A program made the translations under genes and the position numbers. From the NCBI GenBank assembly GCA_963817785.1, contig CAWFPL010000008.1:172113-236112 (forward strand): DNA of 64,000 nt. Reading direction: 5' to 3'. Origin of the DNA: an uncultured Pseudomonadota bacterium. GTDB lineage: Bacteria > Pseudomonadota > Gammaproteobacteria > Burkholderiales > SG8-39. The notes below the pieces were generated by a model. That model made no database searches. It was not told the DNA's origin and was given only the letters and a program-made list of their open reading frames with translations. Positions 11,062 through 19,573 of the stretch are shown piece by piece (within the stretch, counting starts at the first letter, position 1; each line of letters opens with the position of its first letter).

Positions 11062-12399
11062 GTGAAGCCCTCACCCGCGCCGAGACAAAGTGTGTTGCTG
11101 CTATTGCCCGCCGCGTCGTATCGCAACGATGCCTTTCGCGTTGCAGCACACTTGCTCGATGTCGAGATCATTGCCGCCGCTGATTACTGCCACCGGCTCG
11201 CGCCGCAGTGGGGGCTGCATCCGCTGCTCGCGCTGCCCTTTGACCAGCCGCGGCGTGCGCTTCGGCTCGCATTACAAAACCTGGAGTCTAGGCCCGACGC
11301 CGTGCTAGCGGTGGACGACCACGGGGTGGAGCTCGCGGCGCTGCTCAACCGCAGACTGCGATTGCCCGGCAATCCGCTACGTAGCGTGAGCATGCTGCGT
11401 GACAAGCTCGCCTTCCGCCGGCTGCAGCAGCGCCACGGCATGAACCGCCCGTGGTTCCGGAATCTGCGCTCGGACGCCGACCCGGCGGAGATGCGCGCGG
11501 TGCGCTTTCCGGTGGTGGTCAAGGCGCGGCGCCTTGCCGCCAGCCGCGGCGTGATCCGCGCCGATAACCGCCGCGCGCTGGTCCGCGCGGTCGCGCAGGT
11601 GCGCCGCATCCAGGCGCGCGGTGACCGCGATGCGGCGCGTCTCGGGCTGCTAATCGAGGCGTTCATTCCCGGCCGCGAGTACGCGCTTGAGGGGCTGCTC
11701 ACGAACGGCAAGCTGCGGGTGCTAGCGCTCTTCGACAAGCCCGATGTGCTCGACGGCCCGTACTTCGAGGAGACGATCTACGTCACACCCTCGCAGCTCG
11801 CGCCGCCCGTTCAGCGCGCCGCGGCCGCCGCCGTCGAGCAGGCCTGTCGGCACGCCGGACTCGCCAACGGCCCGCTGCACGCGGAGTTTCGAATCAATGA
11901 GCGTGGCGTCTGGCTGCTCGAGATCGCGCCGCGCTCGATCGGCGGGCTGTGCGGCACGGTGCTTACGCAGGCGCTTGGCATGACGCTTGAGGAATTGATC
12001 GTGCGCCATGCGCTCGGCCGAACGCTGCCAGCGCCACGGCGCGGGGCAGCCTGCGGCGTGATGATGATTCCGATTCCGGCCCGCGGCATTTTCGACGGCG
12101 TGAGTGGCCTGGACCGGGCGCTTGCAGTGCAGGGCATCACGGGCATTCCGATCACCGCAGAGCGCGGCCAGATCGTCGCCCCGCCACCTGACGCCACGGG
12201 TTACTTCGGGTTCATTTTTGCGCGCGGGCGAAGCGCGCCCCGCGTCGTCGCCGCGCTGCGCGCCGCACACGCGCGACTAGACATCAAGCTGAGCCCGGCA
12301 GTCCCGTTGCGCGCAGCTTCCCTAGGCGCGCCCGACGACTCGATCGGTCGTACCACCCCGAGTGCACCGGCCGACATGCCGCGCGGGTCGTTCTTTTGA
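11062..12399 (+). CDS. ATP-grasp domain protein
   Basis: RDKL, FPVVVK..ASRGV, EAFIPGREY, HAEFR, EIAPR motifs. Confidence 0.88.
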   Translation: MKPSPAPRQSVLLLLPAASYRNDAFRVAAHLLDVEIIAAADYCHRLAPQWGLHPLLALPFDQPRRALRLALQNLESRPDAVLAVDDHGVELAALLNRRLRLPGNPLRSVSMLRDKLAFRRLQQRHGMNRPWFRNLRSDADPAEMRAVRFPVVVKARRLAASRGVIRADNRRALVRAVAQVRRIQARGDRDAARLGLLIEAFIPGREYALEGLLTNGKLRVLALFDKPDVLDGPYFEETIYVTPSQLAPPVQRAAAAAVEQACRHAGLANGPLHAEFRINERGVWLLEIAPRSIGGLCGTVLTQALGMTLEELIVRHALGRTLPAPRRGAACGVMMIPIPARGIFDGVSGLDRALAVQGITGIPITAERGQIVAPPPDATGYFGFIFARGRSAPRVVAALRAAHARLDIKLSPAVPLRAASLGAPDDSIGRTTPSAPADMPRGSFF

Positions 12400-12628
12400 G
12401 CGCCGAACAAGCGCAACGACCCGAGCCCTGCGATTGCCGAACGCCCCGCGCAGCCCCGCAAGCGGTTGAAATCCAGGGTATCGGTATGCGTCGGACAGAC
12501 GCTTTTGTTTCGATGAAGTGGGCATCGCAAAATCATGCCGACTTTTCGCATCCCGTCAATGACCCAATTTCCCTTTGTGGTGGGCCCAATTCGCCTCAAA
12601 AAGTACCCACACTTTTCCGCGAAGACCC
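12322..12628 (-). mobile_element. ISL3-family left-end remnant
   Basis: End GGGTCTTCGCGGAAAAGTGTGGGT at 12628; KRLSDAYRYPGFQP...RRSK then shifted frame ACRPVHSGWYDR (degenerate zinc finger). Confidence 0.65.
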
Positions 12629-12632
12629 TGGG

Positions 12633-12860
12633 ATGGAAGCCACGCATTCGAATCTGACGCCAGGAGATTTCGACTGGCTTCGCGAAATCCGGGCCGCTAC
12701 GCATGCGATACGGGATCCGCGGCCAGTGCCAATAGAAATCGTGGGTAAGCTTCTTACGTTTGGCTTTGTAACGCTTGACGGCCGCAGTAGGCTTGCAATT
12801 ACAGATCGGGGAAGCGAAGCGTTGCTGGAACAGGACATGCGGGACGCGGAAGACCGCTGA
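12633..12860 (+). CDS. Hypothetical protein (75 aa, possibly winged-helix-like)
   Basis: Co-oriented ORF with LLTFGFV...LAITDRG. Confidence 0.5.
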   Translation: MEATHSNLTPGDFDWLREIRAATHAIRDPRPVPIEIVGKLLTFGFVTLDGRSRLAITDRGSEALLEQDMRDAEDR

Positions 12861-12919
12861 ATCACTGACCCTGGCCCCAATGAACGCCGGGCAGGTCGCA
12901 CTCGTGCGCGGGGGGCTCT

Positions 12920-13576
12920 ATGGCTATATCGGGCAAGCACTCGTGGATTGAAAGCTCGGACGTCCTTTCGCTGTTTCCCACCTTGGTCTGGAAAATCCAA
13001 CTTCGCGCCGAGGTGCACGAACCGATCGACGCGAGCACACTCGGACTATTGCACTCGCTGCAGCAGCGAGAACCGGAGTTGAAGCCCGGCGAAGCCTGGC
13101 AGTCGGGCCATGGCCTGCATCGGCGGGAGGAGCTGCACGCGCTTTGCGACTGCGTCAGCCGGGCAGCTGCGCGCGTGCTTCAGTTCCTGAAAATCGAGGA
13201 ATCAGTGATCGAAATCACCGGCTGCTGGGCGAACGTGTATGCGCCGGGTGCCGCGCACCGCGCGCACAGCCATCCCAACAATTTCTTGAGCGCGGTGTAC
13301 TACGTGCGCACCCGACCCGGCGCTGACAGTATCAATTTTCACGACCCGCGCAGCCAGACCGGCGTCATCAGACCACCGGTCACGGAACTCACCTCCGCAA
13401 ATACCGATCAGGTCGTGGTGCGGGTGAGAAATGGCATGCTGCTCCTCTTCCCATCCTATCTGTATCACTCGGTTGATCCCAATACCAGCGGCGAGATTCG
13501 CGTAAGTCTGAGCTTCAACCTGATGTTTCCCACATTCACTGCTGCATTGAGCAAGCCGTTGTGGGGCGATGAATAA
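12920..13576 (+). CDS. Putative 2OG-Fe(II) oxygenase (TIGR02466-like)
   Basis: LFPT, WANV, HSHPNNFLSAVYY, LFPSYLYHSV...RVSLSFN. Confidence 0.85.
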   Translation: MAISGKHSWIESSDVLSLFPTLVWKIQLRAEVHEPIDASTLGLLHSLQQREPELKPGEAWQSGHGLHRREELHALCDCVSRAAARVLQFLKIEESVIEITGCWANVYAPGAAHRAHSHPNNFLSAVYYVRTRPGADSINFHDPRSQTGVIRPPVTELTSANTDQVVVRVRNGMLLLFPSYLYHSVDPNTSGEIRVSLSFNLMFPTFTAALSKPLWGDE

Positions 13577-15290
13577 GGCAGCGGGCGCACTCGATCCCCT
13601 GGAAGTGGTCATGCGCTACCACCAGGAGACGAAGCACCGCTTTTCCCGCTACGCGCGCGCACCCGGGTACATGGACTGGGCGAATCAGCCAGACCCCTTT
13701 CGACGATTCGATGGATCTCCACTTATTCACTTACCGATCCTGAAACGCGACGACCCTCCGTACTCGCCGCTCTATGAGGACCTGTATCGCCCGGGGGCGA
13801 TTGCGAGTTCGCCGGTCACCATGCCGGCGCTCTCGCGCTTTTTCGAATATGCGCTGGCGATCTCGGCCTGGAAGCAGGCCGGCGAGGTCCGTTGGGCGCT
13901 TCGTAGCAATCCCTCGAGCGGTAACCTGCATCCGACCGAAGGCTACCTGCTCATTGGTGAAGTGCCTGGCCTGTCACCATTCCCGGGTCTTTATCACTAT
14001 ACGGCCAGAGAACATGCGCTGGAACTGCGAGCACAGCTGCCGCAGGAGAGCTTCACGCCACTCTTGGAAGGATTCCCGCGCCATGCCTTCCTGCTCGGCA
14101 TCACGTCAGTGAACTGGCGGGAGACCTGGAAGTACGGTGAGCGTGCGTTCCGCTACTGTCAGCACGACGTGGGACACGCAATCGGCAGCGCCCGCATTGC
14201 GGCCCAGACGCTTGGCTGGCGCATGCTGTTGCTGGACGGTGTGTCGGATGACACGCTGGGTGCCTTGTTGGGCGTCGATCGAGACCAGGATTTCAACGGG
14301 GCGGAGCGGGAGCACCCGGATTGCCTCGCTGTTGTCTGGCCGTCCGACCTCGGAGCAGATTTTTCCGCCCGGAAGACGAACACGTTGCCTCTATTCCTTG
14401 CGCCTGATGGCATTGGCGAGTCGACGCGGCGAATTTGGCACGGCAAGGCGAACCGGCTGAGTCGAGACGATCCGGTGCGCTGGCAGTACCTCGAAGAAGT
14501 GGAAGTCGCCTCGTGGAAGTCGAGTACCGAGCAGGCGGTCGTCGAGCTCGATCGTGGGAGCAACGCAGGGCGGGTACCGGAGGTTGCTCCGGGCCTCTCA
14601 AGCGCCGGACAGTTGATTCGCCAGCGGCGAAGTGCGCTAGCGTTTGACGGCGAGACGTCAATCCCCGTCGACCGTTTCTTTACGATATTGGCCCGGGTCA
14701 TGCCACGGGTCGAGCGTGACCTGTGCCAGCGCCCGATGCCCTGGGATATGCTGCCCTGGGAACCGGCCATTCACCTTGCCGTGTTCGTCCATCGAGTGGA
14801 CGGCCTTGCGTCCGGTCTTTACGTATTGGCTCGCAATGCTGCGAAGATGAGCCCGCTCAGTCAGGCGATGCACCAGCAATTTGCCTGGACCCCGCCTCCG
14901 GGCTGCCCGGAGGACTTGCCTCTCTTTCTCCTGCAAGAGGGCGATGCCCGGAAAATGGCTGCTCAGGTCAGTTGCGGTCAGGCTATCGCCGGTGACAGCG
15001 CGTTTTCGCTGGGGATGATCGCGGAATTCGAATCAAGCCTGCGGCGCTACGGACCCTGGTTCTACCGAAGGCTTTTTTGGGAGACAGGCGTAATCGGTCA
15101 GGTGCTTTACCTGGAAGCGGAGGCGGCGGGCGTTCGCGCGACCGGAATCGGCTGCTTTTTCGATGACCCCGTCCATCAGGTGCTGGGTATAGGTGACGCG
15201 GCGTTCCAGTCGCTATATCACTTCACCACCGGTGGACCTGTCGATGATCCTCGCCTGACCACCTTGCCACCCTACGGTCTCGAGCATTAA
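13569..15290 (+). CDS. SagB/ThcOx-family two-domain nitroreductase-like dehydrogenase
   Basis: YHQETKH, LRSNPSSGNLHPTEGY, WKYGERAFRYCQHDVGH, TGIGCFFDD. Confidence 0.88.
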   Translation: MNKAAGALDPLEVVMRYHQETKHRFSRYARAPGYMDWANQPDPFRRFDGSPLIHLPILKRDDPPYSPLYEDLYRPGAIASSPVTMPALSRFFEYALAISAWKQAGEVRWALRSNPSSGNLHPTEGYLLIGEVPGLSPFPGLYHYTAREHALELRAQLPQESFTPLLEGFPRHAFLLGITSVNWRETWKYGERAFRYCQHDVGHAIGSARIAAQTLGWRMLLLDGVSDDTLGALLGVDRDQDFNGAEREHPDCLAVVWPSDLGADFSARKTNTLPLFLAPDGIGESTRRIWHGKANRLSRDDPVRWQYLEEVEVASWKSSTEQAVVELDRGSNAGRVPEVAPGLSSAGQLIRQRRSALAFDGETSIPVDRFFTILARVMPRVERDLCQRPMPWDMLPWEPAIHLAVFVHRVDGLASGLYVLARNAAKMSPLSQAMHQQFAWTPPPGCPEDLPLFLLQEGDARKMAAQVSCGQAIAGDSAFSLGMIAEFESSLRRYGPWFYRRLFWETGVIGQVLYLEAEAAGVRATGIGCFFDDPVHQVLGIGDAAFQSLYHFTTGGPVDDPRLTTLPPYGLEH

Positions 15291-15415
15291 GTCCGGGACA
15301 TTCGAACACAAGAAGCGAGCGATCGCGGGATCAATTTCTGCCGGGCACGCCAGCACTCGATGTCCGCCATCGAGCAAGCGCGGTCATTCGCGATGACCGG
15401 CAGTCCGGGGTTTTT

Positions 15416-15460
15416 GTTCGAGCCCTAGTCGGGGAGCCAACTGGATGCGAAACTGGGCAC
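15416..15460 (-). other. att junction of element A overlapping integrase 3' end; outer half resembles a tRNA-Asn 3' end
   Basis: GTTCGAGCCCTAGTCGGGGAGCCA followed by arm GCGAAACTGGGCAC. Confidence 0.75.
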
Positions 15461-17014
15461 GCCCGCCAGCGTGCCCGGTTTCTTTGCCGCCACCGCGTGC
15501 GCAAGCGCCGCATAGCTCCCGCGCATCTCAAGCTGCCGGTCCACGACGCGGATTTCGGACACCAGCAGCCGCAGGTATTGCTTGGCAAAGGGACGGTTCG
15601 CGCCGAGCCTCGATTTGAGAGCGCGCCCGAAGGCCTCGACCTGGCTCGCCTTGAGCGCCCTCAGAGGCGTTTCCGCCTGGCGCTTGAGTCCCGCGATCTC
15701 AAGCAGCACCTCCTGCCGCCTCGCCTGCAGCTTGTGCGCGCGTTCCTGAAGCGCCGCATCCAGGGGAAGGTGCCCCGACTCTACCGCCTCAAAGAGCCGC
15801 TCGCTGCGTGACTTCAGCTCGTTGAGTTCTTTGGCGAGTACCTTGAGCCGCGCGTCCTGCTCCGAATGCGTGTTCCGCATCCGCTCGCGCGCCCCGGCGA
15901 TCATGGACTTCAGCCGCTGCGGCGTGAACACCTTTTCGGCCAGGGCCTTGAGCACCAGCTCGTCGAGCTTCTCCATCGGGATGTTGCCGCTCAGGCAGCG
16001 CGTATTGCCCTTCGCAATGCGCGTCTGGCATTTGTAGTAGCGATACCGTCCGCCTTTGCCGGTCGCAAGCGTCATCCCGGCCCCGCAATGCCCGCACTTG
16101 AGAAGGCCGGTAAGCAGCGTGGGCGAGTTCACCACCCGCGGCGGCACCTTGGCCGGGGCGCGCGCCGCACGCAGCGCCTGCGCCCGCCTGTAGGTGCCTG
16201 CGTCGATGATCGGCTCGACGGCCACCCGGACCCACTCCGTTTCGGCCTTCACCTCGCCCGTCTTGTTGCTCGTGCGGTTAAAAACGTACTCGCCGCAGTA
16301 GGCGCTATTGGCGAGGAGGTTATGCACCTTGCCACGCGTCCACTTCTGACCCCGCAGACTCACGCCCTGGTCATTGAGAATCGCCGCAATGCCCTTCTCC
16401 CCGAGCGACGCACCCTTGTGGCCGTCCAGGTACAGATCGAACACCTTGCACACGATGGCTGCCTCGGCGGGGTCGATCTCCAGGCGCTTCTTCTTGCCCT
16501 TGCGGCCCGTCGCCTCCGTCTCCACCGTCCTATAGCCAAAGGGCGGTCGAGAGCCGTTGAAATAGCCCTGCCGGGCGTTTTCCTTCATCGCCCGCAGCGT
16601 GTGCTTGCCGTTCTCCTTGCTCTGGTACTCGTCGAACAGGCTAAAGATCGTGCGGGCCATCTCGCCCGCCGGGTCGTCGCTCGTTTGCTGCGTGATCGAG
16701 ATGACCTTTACCCCAGCGCGCTTGAGCGTGCGTTCGTAGCTGAGGAATTGAAACAGATCCCGGAAGAACCGCGAGCGGCTATGAACGATGATCGCCTCGT
16801 AGGGAGACGGCTCTAGCGTCGCCTCCGCAATCATCTGCTGGAACACCGGCCGCCGGTCGTCAGTGGCCGAAGCCCCAAGCTCCACGTATTCCACGGCGAC
16901 CGCGAGGCCATGGCCCTTGCACCAGTCCCGCATCTGGCGGAGCTGGTCGGGGATCGAGAGATCCTTTTCAGCCTGCTTCGTCGTCGATACCCGAGCGTAC
17001 AGCGCGACGGCCAT
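15425..17014 (-). CDS. Large serine recombinase (integrase), copy A
   Basis: YARVST catalytic Ser, SRSRFFR, PPFGY recombinase domain, LLKCGHCG..YYKC zinc ribbon, coiled coil; RBS AAGGAAAGGA. Confidence 0.95.
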   Translation of the reverse strand: MAVALYARVSTTKQAEKDLSIPDQLRQMRDWCKGHGLAVAVEYVELGASATDDRRPVFQQMIAEATLEPSPYEAIIVHSRSRFFRDLFQFLSYERTLKRAGVKVISITQQTSDDPAGEMARTIFSLFDEYQSKENGKHTLRAMKENARQGYFNGSRPPFGYRTVETEATGRKGKKKRLEIDPAEAAIVCKVFDLYLDGHKGASLGEKGIAAILNDQGVSLRGQKWTRGKVHNLLANSAYCGEYVFNRTSNKTGEVKAETEWVRVAVEPIIDAGTYRRAQALRAARAPAKVPPRVVNSPTLLTGLLKCGHCGAGMTLATGKGGRYRYYKCQTRIAKGNTRCLSGNIPMEKLDELVLKALAEKVFTPQRLKSMIAGARERMRNTHSEQDARLKVLAKELNELKSRSERLFEAVESGHLPLDAALQERAHKLQARRQEVLLEIAGLKRQAETPLRALKASQVEAFGRALKSRLGANRPFAKQYLRLLVSEIRVVDRQLEMRGSYAALAHAVAAKKPGTLAGVPSFASSWLPD

Positions 17015-17171
17015 GTCCTTTCCTTTCCACTGTGTCCCCGCCAATCCGCAGCTCGGCGAGGAGTTCCGGCAACACGGAGTAAATCAAGACCAGTTCCGCC
17101 TCCGACACCTTCGATTCGTCGAACCCTTCCCGATACCGAATTGCGAGTTTATCGGAATCCGTAATGGGCAC
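16968..17171 (-). CDS. Small hypothetical protein overlapping integrase start (copy A)
   Basis: 67-aa ORF conserved in copy B; AAGGAGG upstream. Confidence 0.65.
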   Translation of the reverse strand: MPITDSDKLAIRYREGFDESKVSEAELVLIYSVLPELLAELRIGGDTVERKGHGRRAVRSGIDDEAG

Positions 17172-17177
17172 GCATGG

Positions 17178-17405
17178 TCAACCTCCTTTCTTTGCGGTGT
17201 GGGCCTGCCCGTGCCCTATCCTATCCTTGTGCTCTTCGCGAAACACCCGTTCCAACTCCGACTCCAAGCCGCTACGCCCGAACTCGTCCAGGACGAGCTT
17301 ACGAAACGCTGCGAACTGGCCGGGCGCAAGCGCCAGCTCGCCGAATTCCAGGATGCGCTTCATCCGCGGTTTGATGAGGCCGAGGAGCGTATCGAGATCG
17401 ATCAT
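17178..17405 (-). CDS. Small hypothetical protein (copy A)
   Basis: MIDLDTLL..., ATGA-coupled to rep stop, conserved in copy B. Confidence 0.7.
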   Translation of the reverse strand: MIDLDTLLGLIKPRMKRILEFGELALAPGQFAAFRKLVLDEFGRSGLESELERVFREEHKDRIGHGQAHTAKKGG

Positions 17406-18598
17406 TGGCCAAGCTGCACGCACTGGATGCGCTTTGTCACATCGAGCCGCCAGGTGAGCTCGTCGTGCACCCTGCACAGCAAGCGTTGCAGCTCGGTGAG
17501 GGCCTTGTCATGGGGCATGCTGACCTGCCTTCGCTGCACGCAGCGCAGCGCCGCGAGCTGCTTGAGGTATCCGTTCAAGCTCAGGCCAATGCGGGCGATG
17601 CGCTCCTCGATTTGCCGCATCGGGTCGATGGCGCGATAGACCCCTTCGGCCTTGAATCGCTCGATTTGCCCCTGAAGATCGCGCCACAGCGGATGCAACG
17701 GCCAGCGCGAGCGGTTGCGGTCGCGCGTGCGTTTGCGCAGCGTGTCGTGCTCCGCGGCGAGGTAGCGCAGCAGCTCGCCCGCCTGGGCGTTCAGCTCGGC
17801 ATAGGTACGGATCCCGAAGCGGCGCAGGACCTCTTTACGAACCTGCCATTCGATGCGCCAGACGTCGCGGTCCTCACCCCACAGCTCGAAGAGCCAGACC
17901 TTCTCGCTTTGCTCAAAGATCTCGGCCACCTTGTCGTAGACGCGCAGCACCACCTCGTCCCGGCCGAAGGTGAAGGTCTGAACCGTGCCGTTTGCACGAT
18001 GTTGACTATCTTTCGTCGCGAGGCTGACAAACGCGTCCTCGTCGAAGTCCACCACGGGGAGGTGGTAATCGAAACAGAAGTCCACCCGCGAAAGCGTTTC
18101 CGGCCTGACGGGGGCGAATCCAATCCCCGCGGCCCATGCGAGAAACCGCCGATGGAGCGCCTCGGCGGGCTCGCGCCAGAGCGCCTCGCTGCGGCAGGTG
18201 ACGTAAAACGAGGGGTTGTTGAATTCCCCCAACTCGATGCGATAGTCGGCGTTGCTGAGCACGAACGGATAGCCCGAGGCGCTGCCGTGCGGGGCGAGCA
18301 GGAACTCCATGTCGCCGAGCTGGATCGGCTGCGGCTCGGGGGTCCTTGCCTCGCGTAGGCTCTCCCGCTGCGCGCGAAGTTGCACGAAGTCGATTTGCGC
18401 TTGGCCCCGAGGCAGCAAGTAGTAGGCGCACTGGATCGTGTCGATCCCGTGCAGCAGCAACCGCGGAGCGGGCGCCTTCGCTCGCTTCGAGGGAACCGCA
18501 GCCGCCTTACTCGGTGTCGTCCTCGTCGTCTTCAAGGCCAATCCCTTCCTCGTCCAGAATCTCATCCACCCACGCCCGCACCTCGGTGCGCGATTCAT
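17402..18598 (-). CDS. Rep_trans/MOBT-like rolling-circle initiator or relaxase (copy A; start uncertain)
   Basis: LHGIDT, LSRVDFCFD, TFTFG, LRVYDKVAE (candidate catalytic Tyr), VWRIEWQVR. Confidence 0.78.
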   Translation of the reverse strand: MNRAPRCGRGWMRFWTRKGLALKTTRTTPSKAAAVPSKRAKAPAPRLLLHGIDTIQCAYYLLPRGQAQIDFVQLRAQRESLREARTPEPQPIQLGDMEFLLAPHGSASGYPFVLSNADYRIELGEFNNPSFYVTCRSEALWREPAEALHRRFLAWAAGIGFAPVRPETLSRVDFCFDYHLPVVDFDEDAFVSLATKDSQHRANGTVQTFTFGRDEVVLRVYDKVAEIFEQSEKVWLFELWGEDRDVWRIEWQVRKEVLRRFGIRTYAELNAQAGELLRYLAAEHDTLRKRTRDRNRSRWPLHPLWRDLQGQIERFKAEGVYRAIDPMRQIEERIARIGLSLNGYLKQLAALRCVQRRQVSMPHDKALTELQRLLCRVHDELTWRLDVTKRIQCVQLGQ

Positions 18599-19403
18599 CC
18601 CCGGTCAGCGCCTTGAGCTCCTCGGTCACCACCGATTCAATGCGCCAGCGCTCGGATAAGTCCAGGTCCTCGATCGCCTCCAGCTCCTGCTCGGCGTACT
18701 CCAGGCCGTAACGCTGCAGTGCCTGCTGTCGCTGCGTGCGGGCCGCGGTCGCGTTCTGGCGCGCGAGCGCTTCGCCGTGGAGCCGGTCCCGGACTCCTTC
18801 GGCGATCTGCACCAGCTCTGCCTGAGGTAGCTCTTCGATAGGCAACGGAGCGAGCGCACGCTCGATCGCCTGGAGGATCTGCGCCTTGAGTTCCGTACTC
18901 AGGCGGTAACTGGCGGGCCAACGCTCCACGACGGCCTGCTTGGTGTCCTGGATAATCTGACGGCGCTTGGCCTTGTGCCGCTCCTTGGCTTCCTCGGCCC
19001 GGCGGCGCGATTCCGCCTCCAGGGCAGCGCTCGCCCGGGCGGCCTCGCGCTCGCGCTCGGGGGCGGCCCGAGCCGCGGCCTCGCGCGCCTGCTGCTCGGC
19101 CGCTGCGCGACGGCTCGCGTTCTCGCGGGCGTCCAGCTCCCCGTGCGCCTGGCGGATCTCGCGCAGCGTCAGGCGAAGCTTCTCCGCCGACACCTGCTGG
19201 CGCATCTTGGTCACGGGGTCGAAGTCCTCGGCTGGCAGATCAAAGGACGCGCCCGCCGGGGACTGCGTAGGCATGCCGCCGGCTGCCTCAGGCAGGAGCG
19301 CTTGCCTAGGGGCTCTGCCTAGATAGGCAGCGCATGCCTTGAGGTGCGCGCGCACGCCTTGCCTGCTGCCGAATTCCTGTCCGCAGAAGCGGCATACCGC
19401 CAT
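18507..19403 (-). CDS. Hypothetical protein: N-terminal C2HC zinc finger, coiled coil, acidic tail (copy A)
   Basis: CRFC..F.S.QGVRAHLKAC; Ala/Glu/Arg-rich helix; conserved in copy B. Confidence 0.75.
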   Translation of the reverse strand: MAVCRFCGQEFGSRQGVRAHLKACAAYLGRAPRQALLPEAAGGMPTQSPAGASFDLPAEDFDPVTKMRQQVSAEKLRLTLREIRQAHGELDARENASRRAAAEQQAREAAARAAPEREREAARASAALEAESRRRAEEAKERHKAKRRQIIQDTKQAVVERWPASYRLSTELKAQILQAIERALAPLPIEELPQAELVQIAEGVRDRLHGEALARQNATAARTQRQQALQRYGLEYAEQELEAIEDLDLSERWRIESVVTEELKALTGDESRTEVRAWVDEILDEEGIGLEDDEDDTE

Positions 19404-19573
19404 GACCCATGCCCTCGAAGCTGAAGCGACCGCTTTCCCATTTCGAGAAAGCCGCCGGGGCGAGGCCCTATGGGCCCGCCCCGCGGCGCACCGCGTTCAG
19501 TTGTCCCGACTCAGTGCGGGTGGCTGCGGTGCAGCGCTGAATCTGCGGCGCTTCGGCGATGGCGTCAAAGCAA

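Noticed and set aside
12633-12860. Small ORF as RiPP precursor for neighbouring enzymes
   Set aside because: No leader/core pattern or Cys/Ser/Thr-rich core, and no YcaO or RRE protein nearby
15365-15439. Complete tRNA gene
   Set aside because: Only the T-loop, acceptor and CCA portion is present; no matching 5' acceptor, D or anticodon arm
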